Positions 12,395 through 23,389 of a DNA stretch of 64,000 nt are shown piece after piece (position 1 is the first letter of the stretch; every line of letters begins with the position of its first letter). The notes beneath the pieces are model-generated. The model was given only the letters and a program-made list of their open reading frames with translations. It was not told where the DNA came from and did not search any database. The position numbers and the translations under genes are program-made. Source of the DNA: an uncultured Pseudoxanthomonas sp. (lineage in GTDB: Bacteria > Pseudomonadota > Gammaproteobacteria > Xanthomonadales > Xanthomonadaceae); NCBI GenBank assembly GCA_965653375.1, contig CBFGZY010000007.1:2614-66613 (forward strand), in the 5' to 3' direction.

Positions 12395-12741
12395 TCGAGC
12401 GCTCCCTTCTTCCAAACGTAAATAAAGCCGAGGAACAGCATGCCGACGAACAGGCCCATCGTGACCAGTGCGCGGGGGCCGAGCTCCTGGAAGACCAGGG
12501 TCCACGGAACGATAAAGATGATTTCCAGATCGAACACGATGAACTGGATGGCGATCAGGTAGTAACGCACGTCGAATTTCATGCGTGCGTCTTCGAATGC
12601 TTCGAAGCCGCATTCGTACGGCGACAGTTTTTTTGCGTCCGGACGACGCGGGCCGAGGAAACGTCCGACCACCATCAGCGTGATGCCGATGCCGGTGGCG
12701 ACGATCAAGAACAACAGGGTCGGCAGATAATTGGCCAGCAC
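12385..12741 (-). CDS. nuoA: NADH-quinone oxidoreductase subunit A
   Basis: GTG start at 12741 preferred; PYECGF, FIVFDLE, KKGALEW. Confidence 0.97.
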   Translation of the reverse strand: MLANYLPTLLFLIVATGIGITLMVVGRFLGPRRPDAKKLSPYECGFEAFEDARMKFDVRYYLIAIQFIVFDLEIIFIVPWTLVFQELGPRALVTMGLFVGMLFLGFIYVWKKGALEWE

Positions 12742-12968
12742 TCGCAATTCTCTTCTTGTCTTACCCGCCCCGCGCGAAGTCTACACGCCGTGAGCGTGCG
12801 CCTTGCGAAGGACTCTCGTTTCCATGAAACCGCATGGCATGCGGCCTTGCGCGGATGCGCTTGAAGCCTGGAGAAGCCACCTCGGTCCACGACCGGGGGA
12901 TTCGAGTCGCCAAACGGGGCACCGCGCGTATGTACGGCAATGCGCGCCACCAGCAACGAATCGGCGGG

Positions 12969-12998
12969 ATTGTAACGGTTAGTGAACTCGCTAGTAAA
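12969..12998 (-). promoter_or_regulatory. Candidate sigma70 promoter of the nuo operon
   Basis: Minus strand TTTACT-18 bp-TACAAT, lying between the tRNA terminator and nuoA. Confidence 0.6.
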
Positions 12999-13035
12999 CG
13001 ATAACCGCGTGGGAAGGCGTGTTCGGCAAAAACAG

Positions 13036-13059
13036 GAAAGCCCGCTTGCGCGGGCTTTC
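13036..13059 (-). terminator. Intrinsic terminator after tRNA-Leu (possibly bidirectional)
   Basis: 10-bp stem GAAAGCCCGC/GCGGGCTTTC with a GCAA loop on the minus strand; T-rich runs on both sides. Confidence 0.85.
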
Positions 13060-13117
13060 TTGCTTTTCGCGATACTCACGCGACCTTGACCGGCCTGCGC
13101 GGGAAACCGCATTGGAT

Positions 13118-13202
13118 TGGTGCCCAAGAGGGGACTCGAACCCCTACGACTTTCATCGCTACCACCTCAAGGTAGTGCGTCTACCAATTCCGCCACCTGG
13201 GC
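13118..13202 (-). tRNA. tRNA-Leu (anticodon GAG)
   Basis: GCCCAGGTGGCGGAATTGGTAGAC...CTACC-TTGAGGT-GGTAG...GGTTCGAGTCC...GGGCACCA; 85 nt, long variable arm, encoded CCA. Confidence 0.98.
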
Positions 13203-13264
13203 AATGACTTTTTATGTAACTCCAACATCTGCGCAACGGCGAAGCTGCGCCATTGTAGCTGCGG

Positions 13265-13723
13265 TCAGCCGCCCTGCGGCGGAGTCACCGGCGGCTGCTT
13301 GGCGGCGGACGCCGGCTCGGCTTCCGCCGGCGTCGCGGGCACCGAAAGCTGCGGCACCGTGGACGAAGCCGGAGGCGCCTGGATCGGCGCACTCGGCACG
13401 GTCGACGGCTTCGGCAGTTCGCCGACAGGCGCGGGCGAAGCCGGCGTCTGCTGCGACATCACGCCCAGATTCTGCTCCGTCGGCGGGCGAGCGCTGTGGG
13501 TCGCGTACCAGGCCATGAACAGGCTGATACCAAAGAAGGCCACCGCCAGCCACTTGGTGCTTTTGGACAGGAAATTGGAAGCGCCGCGCGAGCCGAACAC
13601 GGTGCCGGAGGCGCCGGCGCCGAAGCCCGAGCCCGCCTGTGCACCGGAACCGCGCTGCATCAGCACCAGCGCGATGATCGCGATAGCGACCAGCACGTAG
13701 ATAACATTGAGGGTCAGCATCAT
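13265..13723 (-). CDS. secG: Preprotein translocase subunit SecG
   Basis: VLMQRGSGA.AGSGFG.GASGTVFGS.G..NFLSK.T; tpiA-secG-tRNA-Leu synteny. Confidence 0.95.
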   Translation of the reverse strand: MMLTLNVIYVLVAIAIIALVLMQRGSGAQAGSGFGAGASGTVFGSRGASNFLSKSTKWLAVAFFGISLFMAWYATHSARPPTEQNLGVMSQQTPASPAPVGELPKPSTVPSAPIQAPPASSTVPQLSVPATPAEAEPASAAKQPPVTPPQGG

Positions 13724-13782
13724 TTCGAATTCATCTCAACCTATGGCAGACCCGGCCGGAAACGGTCGGGCCCAGTGAGGGG

Positions 13783-14541
13783 TTAGCCTCGTTCGGCCGC
13801 CGCTCGCGCGATGGCCAGGAAATCAGCGGCGACCAATGAAGCGCCGCCCACCAGCCCTCCATCGACATCAGGCTGCGCGAACAGTTCCGCGGCGTTGTCG
13901 GGCTTCACGCTGCCGCCGTAAAGGATCGGCAGTGAACTGACAATTCTAGCATCGCGTGCGGCCACTTCGCCACGGATGAAGGCGTGTACCGCCTGGGCCT
14001 GGTCGGGGGTGGCGGTTCGACCGGTGCCGATGGCCCAGACCGGCTCGTAGGCGATCGCCGCGTTCTCGAAGGCCTGTGGCCCGACCAAGTCGAACACGGC
14101 ACGAACCTGACCGCCGACATGGGCTTCCGTTTCGCCGCGCTCACGCTGCTCAAGCGTCTCACCCACACAGAGAATCGGCACCAGGCCGGCGTTTTTCGCC
14201 GCCAGGAATTTTCGGGCAACCAGCTCATTGCTGTCGTGGTGGTACTGCCGGCATTCGGAATGGCCGACGAGGCCATAGCGCGCGCCAACGTCCTTCAGCA
14301 TCGTCGCGGAAACCTCCCCGGTATAGGCCCCCTTCTCGTTGCAGCTGACGTCCTGGGCGCCAAAAAGAATGTCGCTTTCCGCGTAGTCCTCGATCAACTC
14401 GCCCAGATACGGCAGCGGCGGCAGGATCAGCACATCCACCGTGCTCAGTGGCAGGCCGGCGACGATTTCATTCATCAGTGCATGGGCAAATGCGCGATCG
14501 CCATGGAGCTTCCAGTTGCCAGCCACGATTTTGCGGCGCAT
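13783..14541 (-). CDS. tpiA: Triosephosphate isomerase
   Basis: AGNWK, AYEPVWAIGTG, LYGGSV, DGGLVGGASL; the HSERR motif reads HSECR here. Confidence 0.97.
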   Translation of the reverse strand: MRRKIVAGNWKLHGDRAFAHALMNEIVAGLPLSTVDVLILPPLPYLGELIEDYAESDILFGAQDVSCNEKGAYTGEVSATMLKDVGARYGLVGHSECRQYHHDSNELVARKFLAAKNAGLVPILCVGETLEQRERGETEAHVGGQVRAVFDLVGPQAFENAAIAYEPVWAIGTGRTATPDQAQAVHAFIRGEVAARDARIVSSLPILYGGSVKPDNAAELFAQPDVDGGLVGGASLVAADFLAIARAAAERG

Positions 14542-14685
14542 AAGACCAATTCCTATCCAGTTAGGCGCGCAAGGATACCCTTCCCTGCGCCGGCTGACGA
14601 CAGCCGGCCGCGCGAGGCGCGCCTTTGCATGCTTGATGGCGGGAAGCACCTACCCATTGAATCTGGAAAGTCGAACACCGGGCAT

Positions 14686-14716
14686 AGCTCGACTTACCTA
14701 GGCAAGTCGAGCTTTT
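14686..14716. terminator. Hairpin with a T-tract on the + strand (antisense to the flanking genes)
   Basis: Perfect 10-bp stem AGCTCGACTT/AAGTCGAGCT followed by TTT. Confidence 0.45.
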
Positions 14717-14816
14717 GGCCCGCGTCGCGATGGAGTCGGTAGCAGCCTCAGCCTCCAATGCCGTGGCACAGCGAAACCACATCGCTTGTGCCGAGGCATG
14801 GTGGCAAAGAAGGACG

Positions 14817-15755
14817 CTACTTGAGCTTGATTTCCCTCAACCGCTCTTCCAGATAGCCCTGCGCAGTGATCGGCTCCGGGTAGCGCTTGGGGTTGTCCGC
14901 GGTGATCGTGGACGGCAGCACATCGATGAGGAAATCGGGATTGGGGTGCAGGAAGAACGGCACCGAGTAACGCGGCTTGCGCGCCTCTTCTCCCGGCGGG
15001 TTGGTCACGCGATGGGTGGTGGATGGATACACGTGGTTGGTCAGGCGCTGCAGCATGTCGCCGATATTGACCACGATGGTGTCCGCTTCCGCGGTGAACG
15101 GCACCCATTCGCCCTTGCGCGACAGCACTTCCAGGCCGGCGGCGCTGGCGCCCACCAGCAGCGTGATCAGATTGATGTCCTCGTGCGCGCCGGCGCGCAC
15201 GTTGGGAATGTCATCCGTGGTGATGGGCGGGTAATGGATTGGCCGCAGGATTGAATTACCGGAGTCCGTCTTGTCCGCGAACCAGTTTTCCGGCAAGCCG
15301 ATGTGCAGCGCCAGCGCGGACAGCACGCGCGAACCCAGCTTGTCCAGATCCTGATACAGACCGTAGCCATGCTCGCGGAACCCGGGCACCTCTTCCGGCC
15401 ACAGATTGGCCGGCATCACCTCGGCGTATTTGGAATCGCGAGGGATTTCGCGGCCAATGTGCCAGAACTCCTTCAGATCGAAGTATTTCGAATCCTTGGC
15501 CGTTTCCACACCGAACGGGGTATATCCACGCGCACCGCCGCTGCCCGGCACGTGGTATTTGCGCTTCACCTCCTCGGGCAAAGCGAAAAACCGCTTGAGC
15601 ACGTCGTATGCGGCTTCGATGCGCGACGGCGAAACGCCATGGTTACGGATCCCGGCAAAGCCCCATTCGCGATAAGCCGCGCCCAGCTCGGCCACGAAGG
15701 CCTCGCGGTCGCTGTCGAAACGGGTGATGTCCAGGGTAGGAATACGTGAGGTCAT
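14817..15755 (-). CDS. Isopenicillin N synthase-family 2OG-Fe(II) oxygenase
   Basis: WGFAGI N-terminal DIOX_N-like region; facial triad HED...H (AHEDIN, TTHRV); RYS co-substrate motif. Confidence 0.9.
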   Translation of the reverse strand: MTSRIPTLDITRFDSDREAFVAELGAAYREWGFAGIRNHGVSPSRIEAAYDVLKRFFALPEEVKRKYHVPGSGGARGYTPFGVETAKDSKYFDLKEFWHIGREIPRDSKYAEVMPANLWPEEVPGFREHGYGLYQDLDKLGSRVLSALALHIGLPENWFADKTDSGNSILRPIHYPPITTDDIPNVRAGAHEDINLITLLVGASAAGLEVLSRKGEWVPFTAEADTIVVNIGDMLQRLTNHVYPSTTHRVTNPPGEEARKPRYSVPFFLHPNPDFLIDVLPSTITADNPKRYPEPITAQGYLEERLREIKLK

Positions 15756-15773
15756 ACGTGAACTCTATGCTTG

Positions 15774-15908
15774 TTTCCTTCCCCACCGGGAGAAGGTGGC
15801 GCGCAGCGCCGGATAAGGGAAGAAGGAAGACGAGTCACGGAACAAGCAAGGGACGATCCGTATCCTCATCCGCCCTTCGGGCACCTTCTCCCGGAGGGAG
15901 AAGGGAAA
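15774..15908. repeat. Inverted pair of ~45-bp palindromic repeats
   Basis: 15774-15819 and 15864-15908 are imperfect inverted copies sharing CCGGGAGAAGGTG and CGGAT.AGG; each arm is itself a hairpin. Confidence 0.85.
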
Positions 15909-15912
15909 ACAA

Positions 15913-17268
15913 TCAACTCACGGCACGCACGGCATCGGCCAATTTTTCCAGCGTCGCCTGCATCAGCGCATCGTCGTCGGCTTCCACCGTGACCCGCACC
16001 ACCGGCTCGGTACCGGACGGACGCAGAAATGCGCGGCCGCGACCGGCAACCGCAGCCTGTGCCTCGGACAATGCCGCCTGCACGCCAGGGGCTTCGACCG
16101 GCTTGGCACCATTGGTCAGGCGAACATTGATGGTCTTCTGCGGCACCATCACCAAGCCGTCCAGCGACTGGCGCAACGACTTGCCCGTGCGGCCCAGCAC
16201 TTCCAGCACCTGCAGCGCGCTGACGATGCCGTCGCCGGTGCTGGTGCGGTCCAGACAGAGCAGATGTCCGGAGGCTTCGCCGCCCAGAATGCCGTGCCTC
16301 TCGACCAGCGCCTGATGCACATAGCGGTCCCCGACTTTGGCACGGACGAACTCGATGCCGGATTCGCCGAAGGCTTTTTCCAGGCCATAGTTGGTCATCA
16401 GCGTGCCAACCACAGGACCGCGCAGGCGACCGCTCTTCTTCCAGTCGTTGGCCAGCACATAGATCAGGCCATCGCCGTCGACGATTTCGCCCTGCCCGTC
16501 AGCGAACAGCACACGATCGCCATCGCCGTCGAAGGCGATGCCCAGATCCGCGCCTGTTTCGCGCACGCGCGCCGCCAGCAGTTCTGGATGAGTGGACCCC
16601 ACGCCGTCATTGATGTTGAGTCCGTTGGGTTCCACGCCGATTGCTTCGACGCGTGCGCCGAGTTCGCGCAATACGATAGGCCCGACCTGATAGGTCGCGC
16701 CGTTGGCGCAGTCGACTACGATACGCATGCCCTGCAGATCGAATTGCCGCGAAACGGAGTTCTTGCAAGCCTCCACATAGCGGCCGATGGCATCGCGTGT
16801 GCGCACCGCCTTACCCAACTGTTCGGACGGCACGGTGCGGAACGGATGCTCCAGCGCCGCCTCGATGGCGAGCTCGGTCGCGTCGTCCAGCTTCTCGCCT
16901 TCGGCAGAAAAGAACTTGATGCCGTTGTCGTAGTGCGGATTGTGCGAAGCGGAAATCACGATGCCGCCATCGGCGCGCAGCGAGCGAGTCATGTGCGACA
17001 CCGCTGGCGTGGGCATCGGCCCCATCAATTCCACATCCACGCCCGCCGCCACCAGGCCGGCTTCGAGCGCCGCCTCGAACATATAATTGGAGATGCGCGT
17101 GTCCTTGCCGATGATCACCACCGGCTTGCGCCAATCGCCCTCGCTCTTGACCGAAGCGCGTAGCGCATGGCCGTAGGCATTGCCCAGCCGCAGCATGAAG
17201 TCGGCCGAAATAGGACCCTCGCCCACACGGCCGCGAATGCCGTCGGTGCCGAAGTATTTGCGACTCAT
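15913..17268 (-). CDS. glmM: Phosphoglucosamine mutase
   Basis: [37 protein letters not shown]. Confidence 0.97.
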   Translation of the reverse strand: MSRKYFGTDGIRGRVGEGPISADFMLRLGNAYGHALRASVKSEGDWRKPVVIIGKDTRISNYMFEAALEAGLVAAGVDVELMGPMPTPAVSHMTRSLRADGGIVISASHNPHYDNGIKFFSAEGEKLDDATELAIEAALEHPFRTVPSEQLGKAVRTRDAIGRYVEACKNSVSRQFDLQGMRIVVDCANGATYQVGPIVLRELGARVEAIGVEPNGLNINDGVGSTHPELLAARVRETGADLGIAFDGDGDRVLFADGQGEIVDGDGLIYVLANDWKKSGRLRGPVVGTLMTNYGLEKAFGESGIEFVRAKVGDRYVHQALVERHGILGGEASGHLLCLDRTSTGDGIVSALQVLEVLGRTGKSLRQSLDGLVMVPQKTINVRLTNGAKPVEAPGVQAALSEAQAAVAGRGRAFLRPSGTEPVVRVTVEADDDALMQATLEKLADAVRAVS

Positions 17269-17282
17269 GGGTGAAACTCCGA

Positions 17283-17380
17283 TAGCCGGTAGCCGGTAGC
17301 CGGTAGCCGACGGAGGTGGCCGCGTGATGAGACGATCGAGGTTCCCCTGGTAACTGCTCTTTCGGCTACCGGCTTCCGGC
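17283..17380. repeat. Heptamer array (TAGCCGG)x~4 with an inverted partner
   Basis: TAGCCGG tandem at 17283-17310; CGGCTACCGGCTTCCGGCT at about 17364-17380. Confidence 0.8.
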
Positions 17381-17398
17381 TCACGATTTCCCTATCCT

Positions 17399-18292
<894 letters not shown>

Positions 18293-18366
18293 GCGTTTCG
18301 GTGGTCCCGTTCAGGTTGGGCCAATTATTTAGCATGTCAGTTTAGCTCAGTCGCCGTTGAGGCAGG

Positions 18367-19170
18367 TCAGCTGTCCAGGGCTTGTCGCAGCGGAGTCAGG
18401 AATGCTGCGGCGCGGGATGCCGCGTCTTCGGCCCCTGCGGCCTCCGCCAGCGCGGTCACCAGTGCGCTGCCTACGACCACGCCGTCGGCATCGGCGGCCA
18501 TGGCGCGCGCACTGATGGCGTCCTTGATGCCGAAGCCCGCCGCCACAGGCACTTTGGAAAGCGCGCGAAGCTGGCGCAGGCGGTCGCTTGCGGCCACAGT
18601 GTCCAGCCGTTCCGACGCTCCCGTGACGCCGGCGAAGCTGACGTAATACAGGTACCCCTGCGCGTTGTCGCAAAGCATCGACAAGCGCTCGGCGGTGGTA
18701 GTCGGCGACGCCAGCGCGATCAGATCCAAACCGTGGCTGTTGAAGATCGAACGGGTTTCGGCCGCTTCTTCGGGCGGCAGATCAACTAGCAGGACGCCAT
18801 CCACACCCGCCTTCACCGCCTCGGCGGCGAAGCGCTCGCTGCCTTGGATCTCCACCGGATTCAAATAGCCCATCAGCACGATGGGCGTGGTGTCGTCCTG
18901 TTGCCGGAACACTTCCACCGCTTCCAGCACATAGCGCAGACCGGCGCCGCGCGCGAGCGCACGCTCGGAACTGCGCTGGATAGTCGGGCCATCGGCCATC
19001 GGGTCGGAGAACGGCACACCCAACTCGATCACGTCGGCGCCGGCATCCACCAATGCATGCATGACCGGCACCGTGGCCTCCAACGAAGGATCGCCAGCGG
19101 TGACGAACGGAATCAGGGCTTTGCGGCCAGCCGCCTTGAGATCGGCGAATTTTTGTTTGAGACGGGACAT
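18367..19170 (-). CDS. trpA: Tryptophan synthase alpha chain
   Basis: IELGVPFSDPMADGPTIQ, YYVS..GVTG, GFGI. Confidence 0.98.
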   Translation of the reverse strand: MSRLKQKFADLKAAGRKALIPFVTAGDPSLEATVPVMHALVDAGADVIELGVPFSDPMADGPTIQRSSERALARGAGLRYVLEAVEVFRQQDDTTPIVLMGYLNPVEIQGSERFAAEAVKAGVDGVLLVDLPPEEAAETRSIFNSHGLDLIALASPTTTAERLSMLCDNAQGYLYYVSFAGVTGASERLDTVAASDRLRQLRALSKVPVAAGFGIKDAISARAMAADADGVVVGSALVTALAEAAGAEDAASRAAAFLTPLRQALDS

Positions 19171-19193
19171 GGGGAAATTCCGAAGAGCGGAAA

Positions 19194-19318
19194 CAGGGAA
19201 CAGGGAACAGGGAACAGGGAACAGGGAACAGGGAATGGAAGGGCATCAGGTACGGAACGGTTGCAGGCAATCTTCATCTCCCGCTCCCGCTCCCGCTTCC
19301 GGTTCCCCGTTCCCGGCG
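19194..19318. repeat. Heptamer array (CAGGGAA)x6 plus an imperfect complementary array
   Basis: Six perfect units at 19194-19235; CTCCCG/TTCCCG-type units at about 19278-19318. Confidence 0.92.
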
Positions 19319-19322
19319 TCAC

Positions 19323-20540
<1,218 letters not shown>

Positions 20541-20640
20541 CGGTGGGTCCGGATCTATCGAGGCGCCCGCATCGGCGCCTGGCATTGCACCTTAGCGCAC
20601 AAGGAACCCGCTCAAAAGCTATAAAATCGGCGGCGATACC

Positions 20641-20653
20641 TCAGGAAAACTCA
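20641..20653. promoter_or_regulatory. LysR T-N11-A box, likely the TrpI recognition site
   Basis: TCAGGAAAACTCA lies just upstream of the trpI ATG, in the divergent trpI/trpB spacer. Confidence 0.55.
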
Positions 20654-20660
20654 CACATCA

Positions 20661-21545
20661 ATGAGCCGCCAGCTACCCTCCCTCAATGCCCTGAGGGCGT
20701 TCGAAGCCGCCGCCCGCCTGGAAAGCGTGAGCCGGGCGGCGGATGAACTGCATGTCACCCACGGCGCGGTGAGCCGGCAAATCCGGGCGCTGGAAAGCGA
20801 TCTGGGCCTGCCGCTGTTCACCCGTCAAGGCCGCGGCTTGGCGCTGACCGCTGCCGGGGTGCGCCTGCGCGATGCGGCCGACACCGCTTTCGCGCGACTG
20901 CAGGAAGCGTATTCGGAACTGCGCCGCGAGACCGGCCCCGCCGCACTGGTGTTGGGATGCCCGGCCAGCGTACTGGCGCGGTGGGTGATCCCGCGGCTGG
21001 AACGGCTGGGCCGGGAGCTGCCCTCGGTGAAGTTGCATCTATCGGCGCACGAGGGCGAATTCGATACGCGTCTGCCCGGGTTGGACGCGGCACTGATGCT
21101 GGCCGAGCCGCCCTGGCCCAGCCAGTGGCAGGTGTACGAACTGGCACCGGAATACATCGGCCCCGTGGTCAGCCCGCGCTATGCGGGCTACGCCGCGCTG
21201 CAGGAACAACCGGTTTCGGCACTGCTGGACGAAGCGTTGCTGCATACCGCGTCGCGGCCGCAGGCTTGGCGGAACTGGGCGACGCTGAATAGCTTGGACC
21301 CGTCCACGATGCGGTTCGGCACCGGGTTCGATCATCTCTACTATCTGCTGGAAGCCGCCGTCGCCGGCATGGGCATCGCGATCGCACCACAACCGCTGGT
21401 CAGCGAAGACATCGCCTCCGGCCGCTTGGCCGCACCCTGGGGCTTCACCCGCACCACCGGCACCTGGGCGCTTTGCGCACCGCAGCGCAGCGCAAATTCG
21501 CGGGTTGCCGAGTTGGCCGAGTGGTTGCGGCGGGAGCTGGGCTGA
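20661..21545 (+). CDS. trpI: LysR-family regulator divergent from trpBA (TrpI-like)
   Basis: LPSLNALRAFEAAARL.SV..AADELHVTHGAVSRQ HTH of the TrpI/GcvA/AmpR type; same divergent position as Pseudomonas trpI-trpBA. Confidence 0.85.
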   Translation: MSRQLPSLNALRAFEAAARLESVSRAADELHVTHGAVSRQIRALESDLGLPLFTRQGRGLALTAAGVRLRDAADTAFARLQEAYSELRRETGPAALVLGCPASVLARWVIPRLERLGRELPSVKLHLSAHEGEFDTRLPGLDAALMLAEPPWPSQWQVYELAPEYIGPVVSPRYAGYAALQEQPVSALLDEALLHTASRPQAWRNWATLNSLDPSTMRFGTGFDHLYYLLEAAVAGMGIAIAPQPLVSEDIASGRLAAPWGFTRTTGTWALCAPQRSANSRVAELAEWLRRELG

Positions 21546-21546
21546 G

Positions 21547-21730
21547 CCGGGAGCGGTGAGCGGTGAGCGGTGAGCGGGGGATGTTCGCGCGGGCACATAT
21601 CGGAAGGACTTCCCACACGGGGCCGCCAATTCCGGTGACAAGACTGCTACGGGAAGGGAGCTAGCCCCGCTCACCGCCCACCGCTACCAGCCGATTACCG
21701 GTTACCGGTTACCGGCTACCGATTACCGGC
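21547..21730. repeat. Heptamer arrays (GAGCGGT)n and (TTACCGG/CTCACCG)n
   Basis: GAGCGGT x3 plus variants at 21547-21580; inverted or related units at about 21669-21730. Confidence 0.8.
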
Positions 21731-22364
21731 TCCCCGCCCCATCGGCATGTCGTACCGCCTCAACGAAACGACGCATTTTTTCCGCATCCTTCTCGCCGGG
21801 TGACGATTCGATGCCGCTGGATACATCCACTCCCCAGGGATGTGCGGTGCGTATGGCGACGGCGACGTTGTCGGCGGATAGTCCACCGGCCAGCAAATAG
21901 GGCTTGTCCAGCGCGGTTGGCAATTGTTTCCAGTCGAAACGCTGCCCGCTACCGCCCTGCTCTCCCGCTGCATGCCCGTCAAACAGCAAACCGCTGGCGG
22001 AGGGATACTTTGCGATGGCGGCAAATGCACCTTCGGAATTTCCGCCCATGGCGATGGCCTTGAAGAATGGCCGGCCGAAACCGGCGCAAAACGCATCCTC
22101 TTCGGCGCCGTGGAATTGCAGGATATCCGGCTGGATGTCTTCGATGATCGTTTTGATCTCGGCGATCTTGTTATCCATCACCAACGCGACCACCGCGATT
22201 TCTTCCGGCACCAGATCGCGCAGCATTTTTGCCTGGCCCAGCAACAACCGCCGCGGACTCTGCGGCGCGAACACCAGGCCGATGTAATCCACACCCAACT
22301 CCACCGCAAGACGGACGTCTTCGGCACGGGTGAGGCCACAGAATTTGATGCGGGTTTGGGGCAT
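21723..22364 (-). CDS. trpF: Phosphoribosylanthranilate isomerase
   Basis: Start MPQTRIKFCGLT; LQFHG.E, GGSG..FDW, LAGGL, GVDVSSGIE. Confidence 0.97.
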   Translation of the reverse strand: MPQTRIKFCGLTRAEDVRLAVELGVDYIGLVFAPQSPRRLLLGQAKMLRDLVPEEIAVVALVMDNKIAEIKTIIEDIQPDILQFHGAEEDAFCAGFGRPFFKAIAMGGNSEGAFAAIAKYPSASGLLFDGHAAGEQGGSGQRFDWKQLPTALDKPYLLAGGLSADNVAVAIRTAHPWGVDVSSGIESSPGEKDAEKMRRFVEAVRHADGAGSR

Positions 22365-22506
22365 GGGAGACGGGAGACGGGAGACGGGAGCGAAAGGCTC
22401 TGCTTTACCTCCCCCGTTGTAAAGGGGGACTGGGGAGGATTTGCTTTTTTCTGTTGGGTTTCTACCGCAAAGAAAATCCTCCTGCCCCTTTTTTTGCGCT
22501 TTACAA
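22365..22506. repeat. (GGGAGAC)x3-4 array plus a degenerate inverted pair
   Basis: Heptamers at 22365-22392; GTTGTAAAGGGGGACTGGGGAGGATTT (22416-22442) is mirrored imperfectly at about 22474-22506. Confidence 0.75.
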
Positions 22507-22521
22507 CAGCCGAGTGGTTGG

Positions 22522-23361
22522 TCAAGGAGAAGACAATGCGAATCCCTTCCGCGGCTCATCGTGCAGCGGATGCGCCTTGTCCAGCGTCACCTCGCCTGGC
22601 AACGCCCATTGCGCGGGATACAGCGGGCTGACGAAGACCAGCCCATCCGGCGGTGCCGTTGGGCCGGCCAGGGTACGGTCACGGCCGGCCAGCAATTCGC
22701 CGATCCATGTTTCTGGTTGTTCGCCTCGCCCCACCAGCAGCAGCGAGCCGACGATATTGCGCACCATGTGGTGCAGGAAGGCGTTGGCCTGCACTTCCAC
22801 GATCACCTGTTCACCCTCGCGGCGCACCGATATCGATTGCAGATCGCGATTGGGATGCGGCGCCTGGCAATGCACGGTGCGGAAGGCGCTGAAGTCGTTT
22901 TCGCCCAACAGGGCCTGCGCAGCGCGATGCATGGCGTCCGCATCCAGTGGCAGCCGCTCCCAACTCAGGTACTGCCGCTCCAAGGCCGGACGCACTGCAC
23001 GATTCAGGATGCGATAGCGATAGCGGCGCGCGCGGGCCGAAAAACGAGCGTGGAAATCTTCCGGCATCGGCTGGCACCAGAGCACGCTGATCGAAGGCGG
23101 CAACTGCGAGGTGGTACCCAGGACCCAGCCGCGCGGACTGCGCGGGGCATTGCTGTCGAAATGCACGACTTGGCATTGCGCATGTACGCCGGCATCCGTG
23201 CGGCCGGCGCAGACGGTGGCGATGGGTTCATTGGCCACGAACGACAGCGCGTTTTCCAATGCTGCCTGCACGGTGCTCGCATCCGGCGTGCCGAGCTTGC
23301 TCAACCGTTGCCAGCCCAGGAATTCGCCGCCGTCGTATTCGACGCCCAGCGCGTAACGCAT
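22522..23361 (-). CDS. truA: tRNA pseudouridine(38-40) synthase
   Basis: [42 protein letters not shown]. Confidence 0.98.
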   Translation of the reverse strand: MRYALGVEYDGGEFLGWQRLSKLGTPDASTVQAALENALSFVANEPIATVCAGRTDAGVHAQCQVVHFDSNAPRSPRGWVLGTTSQLPPSISVLWCQPMPEDFHARFSARARRYRYRILNRAVRPALERQYLSWERLPLDADAMHRAAQALLGENDFSAFRTVHCQAPHPNRDLQSISVRREGEQVIVEVQANAFLHHMVRNIVGSLLLVGRGEQPETWIGELLAGRDRTLAGPTAPPDGLVFVSPLYPAQWALPGEVTLDKAHPLHDEPRKGFALSSP

Positions 23362-23389
23362 CAGAACCTCACGCCAATATCAGCCTGTG

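Noticed and set aside
652-12741. Separate NuoC/NuoD and N7-less NuoG
   Set aside because: This is a common Complex I type outside enterobacteria and pseudomonads; not novel.
13030-13202. tRNA-Leu 3' end as a possible integration site
   Set aside because: No integrase and no duplicated tRNA 3' end in the window; the terminator and nuo promoter follow directly.
19194-19235. Tandem repeats as a possible CRISPR array
   Set aside because: The units are 7 bp with no unique spacers, and there are no cas genes.
22365-22559. N-terminal extension of TrpF in the ORF track (likewise for nuoG, tpiA, prmB, pxpA, nuoB)
   Set aside because: The extensions translate intergenic repeats or upstream genes; the conserved domains begin at the downstream starts used here.
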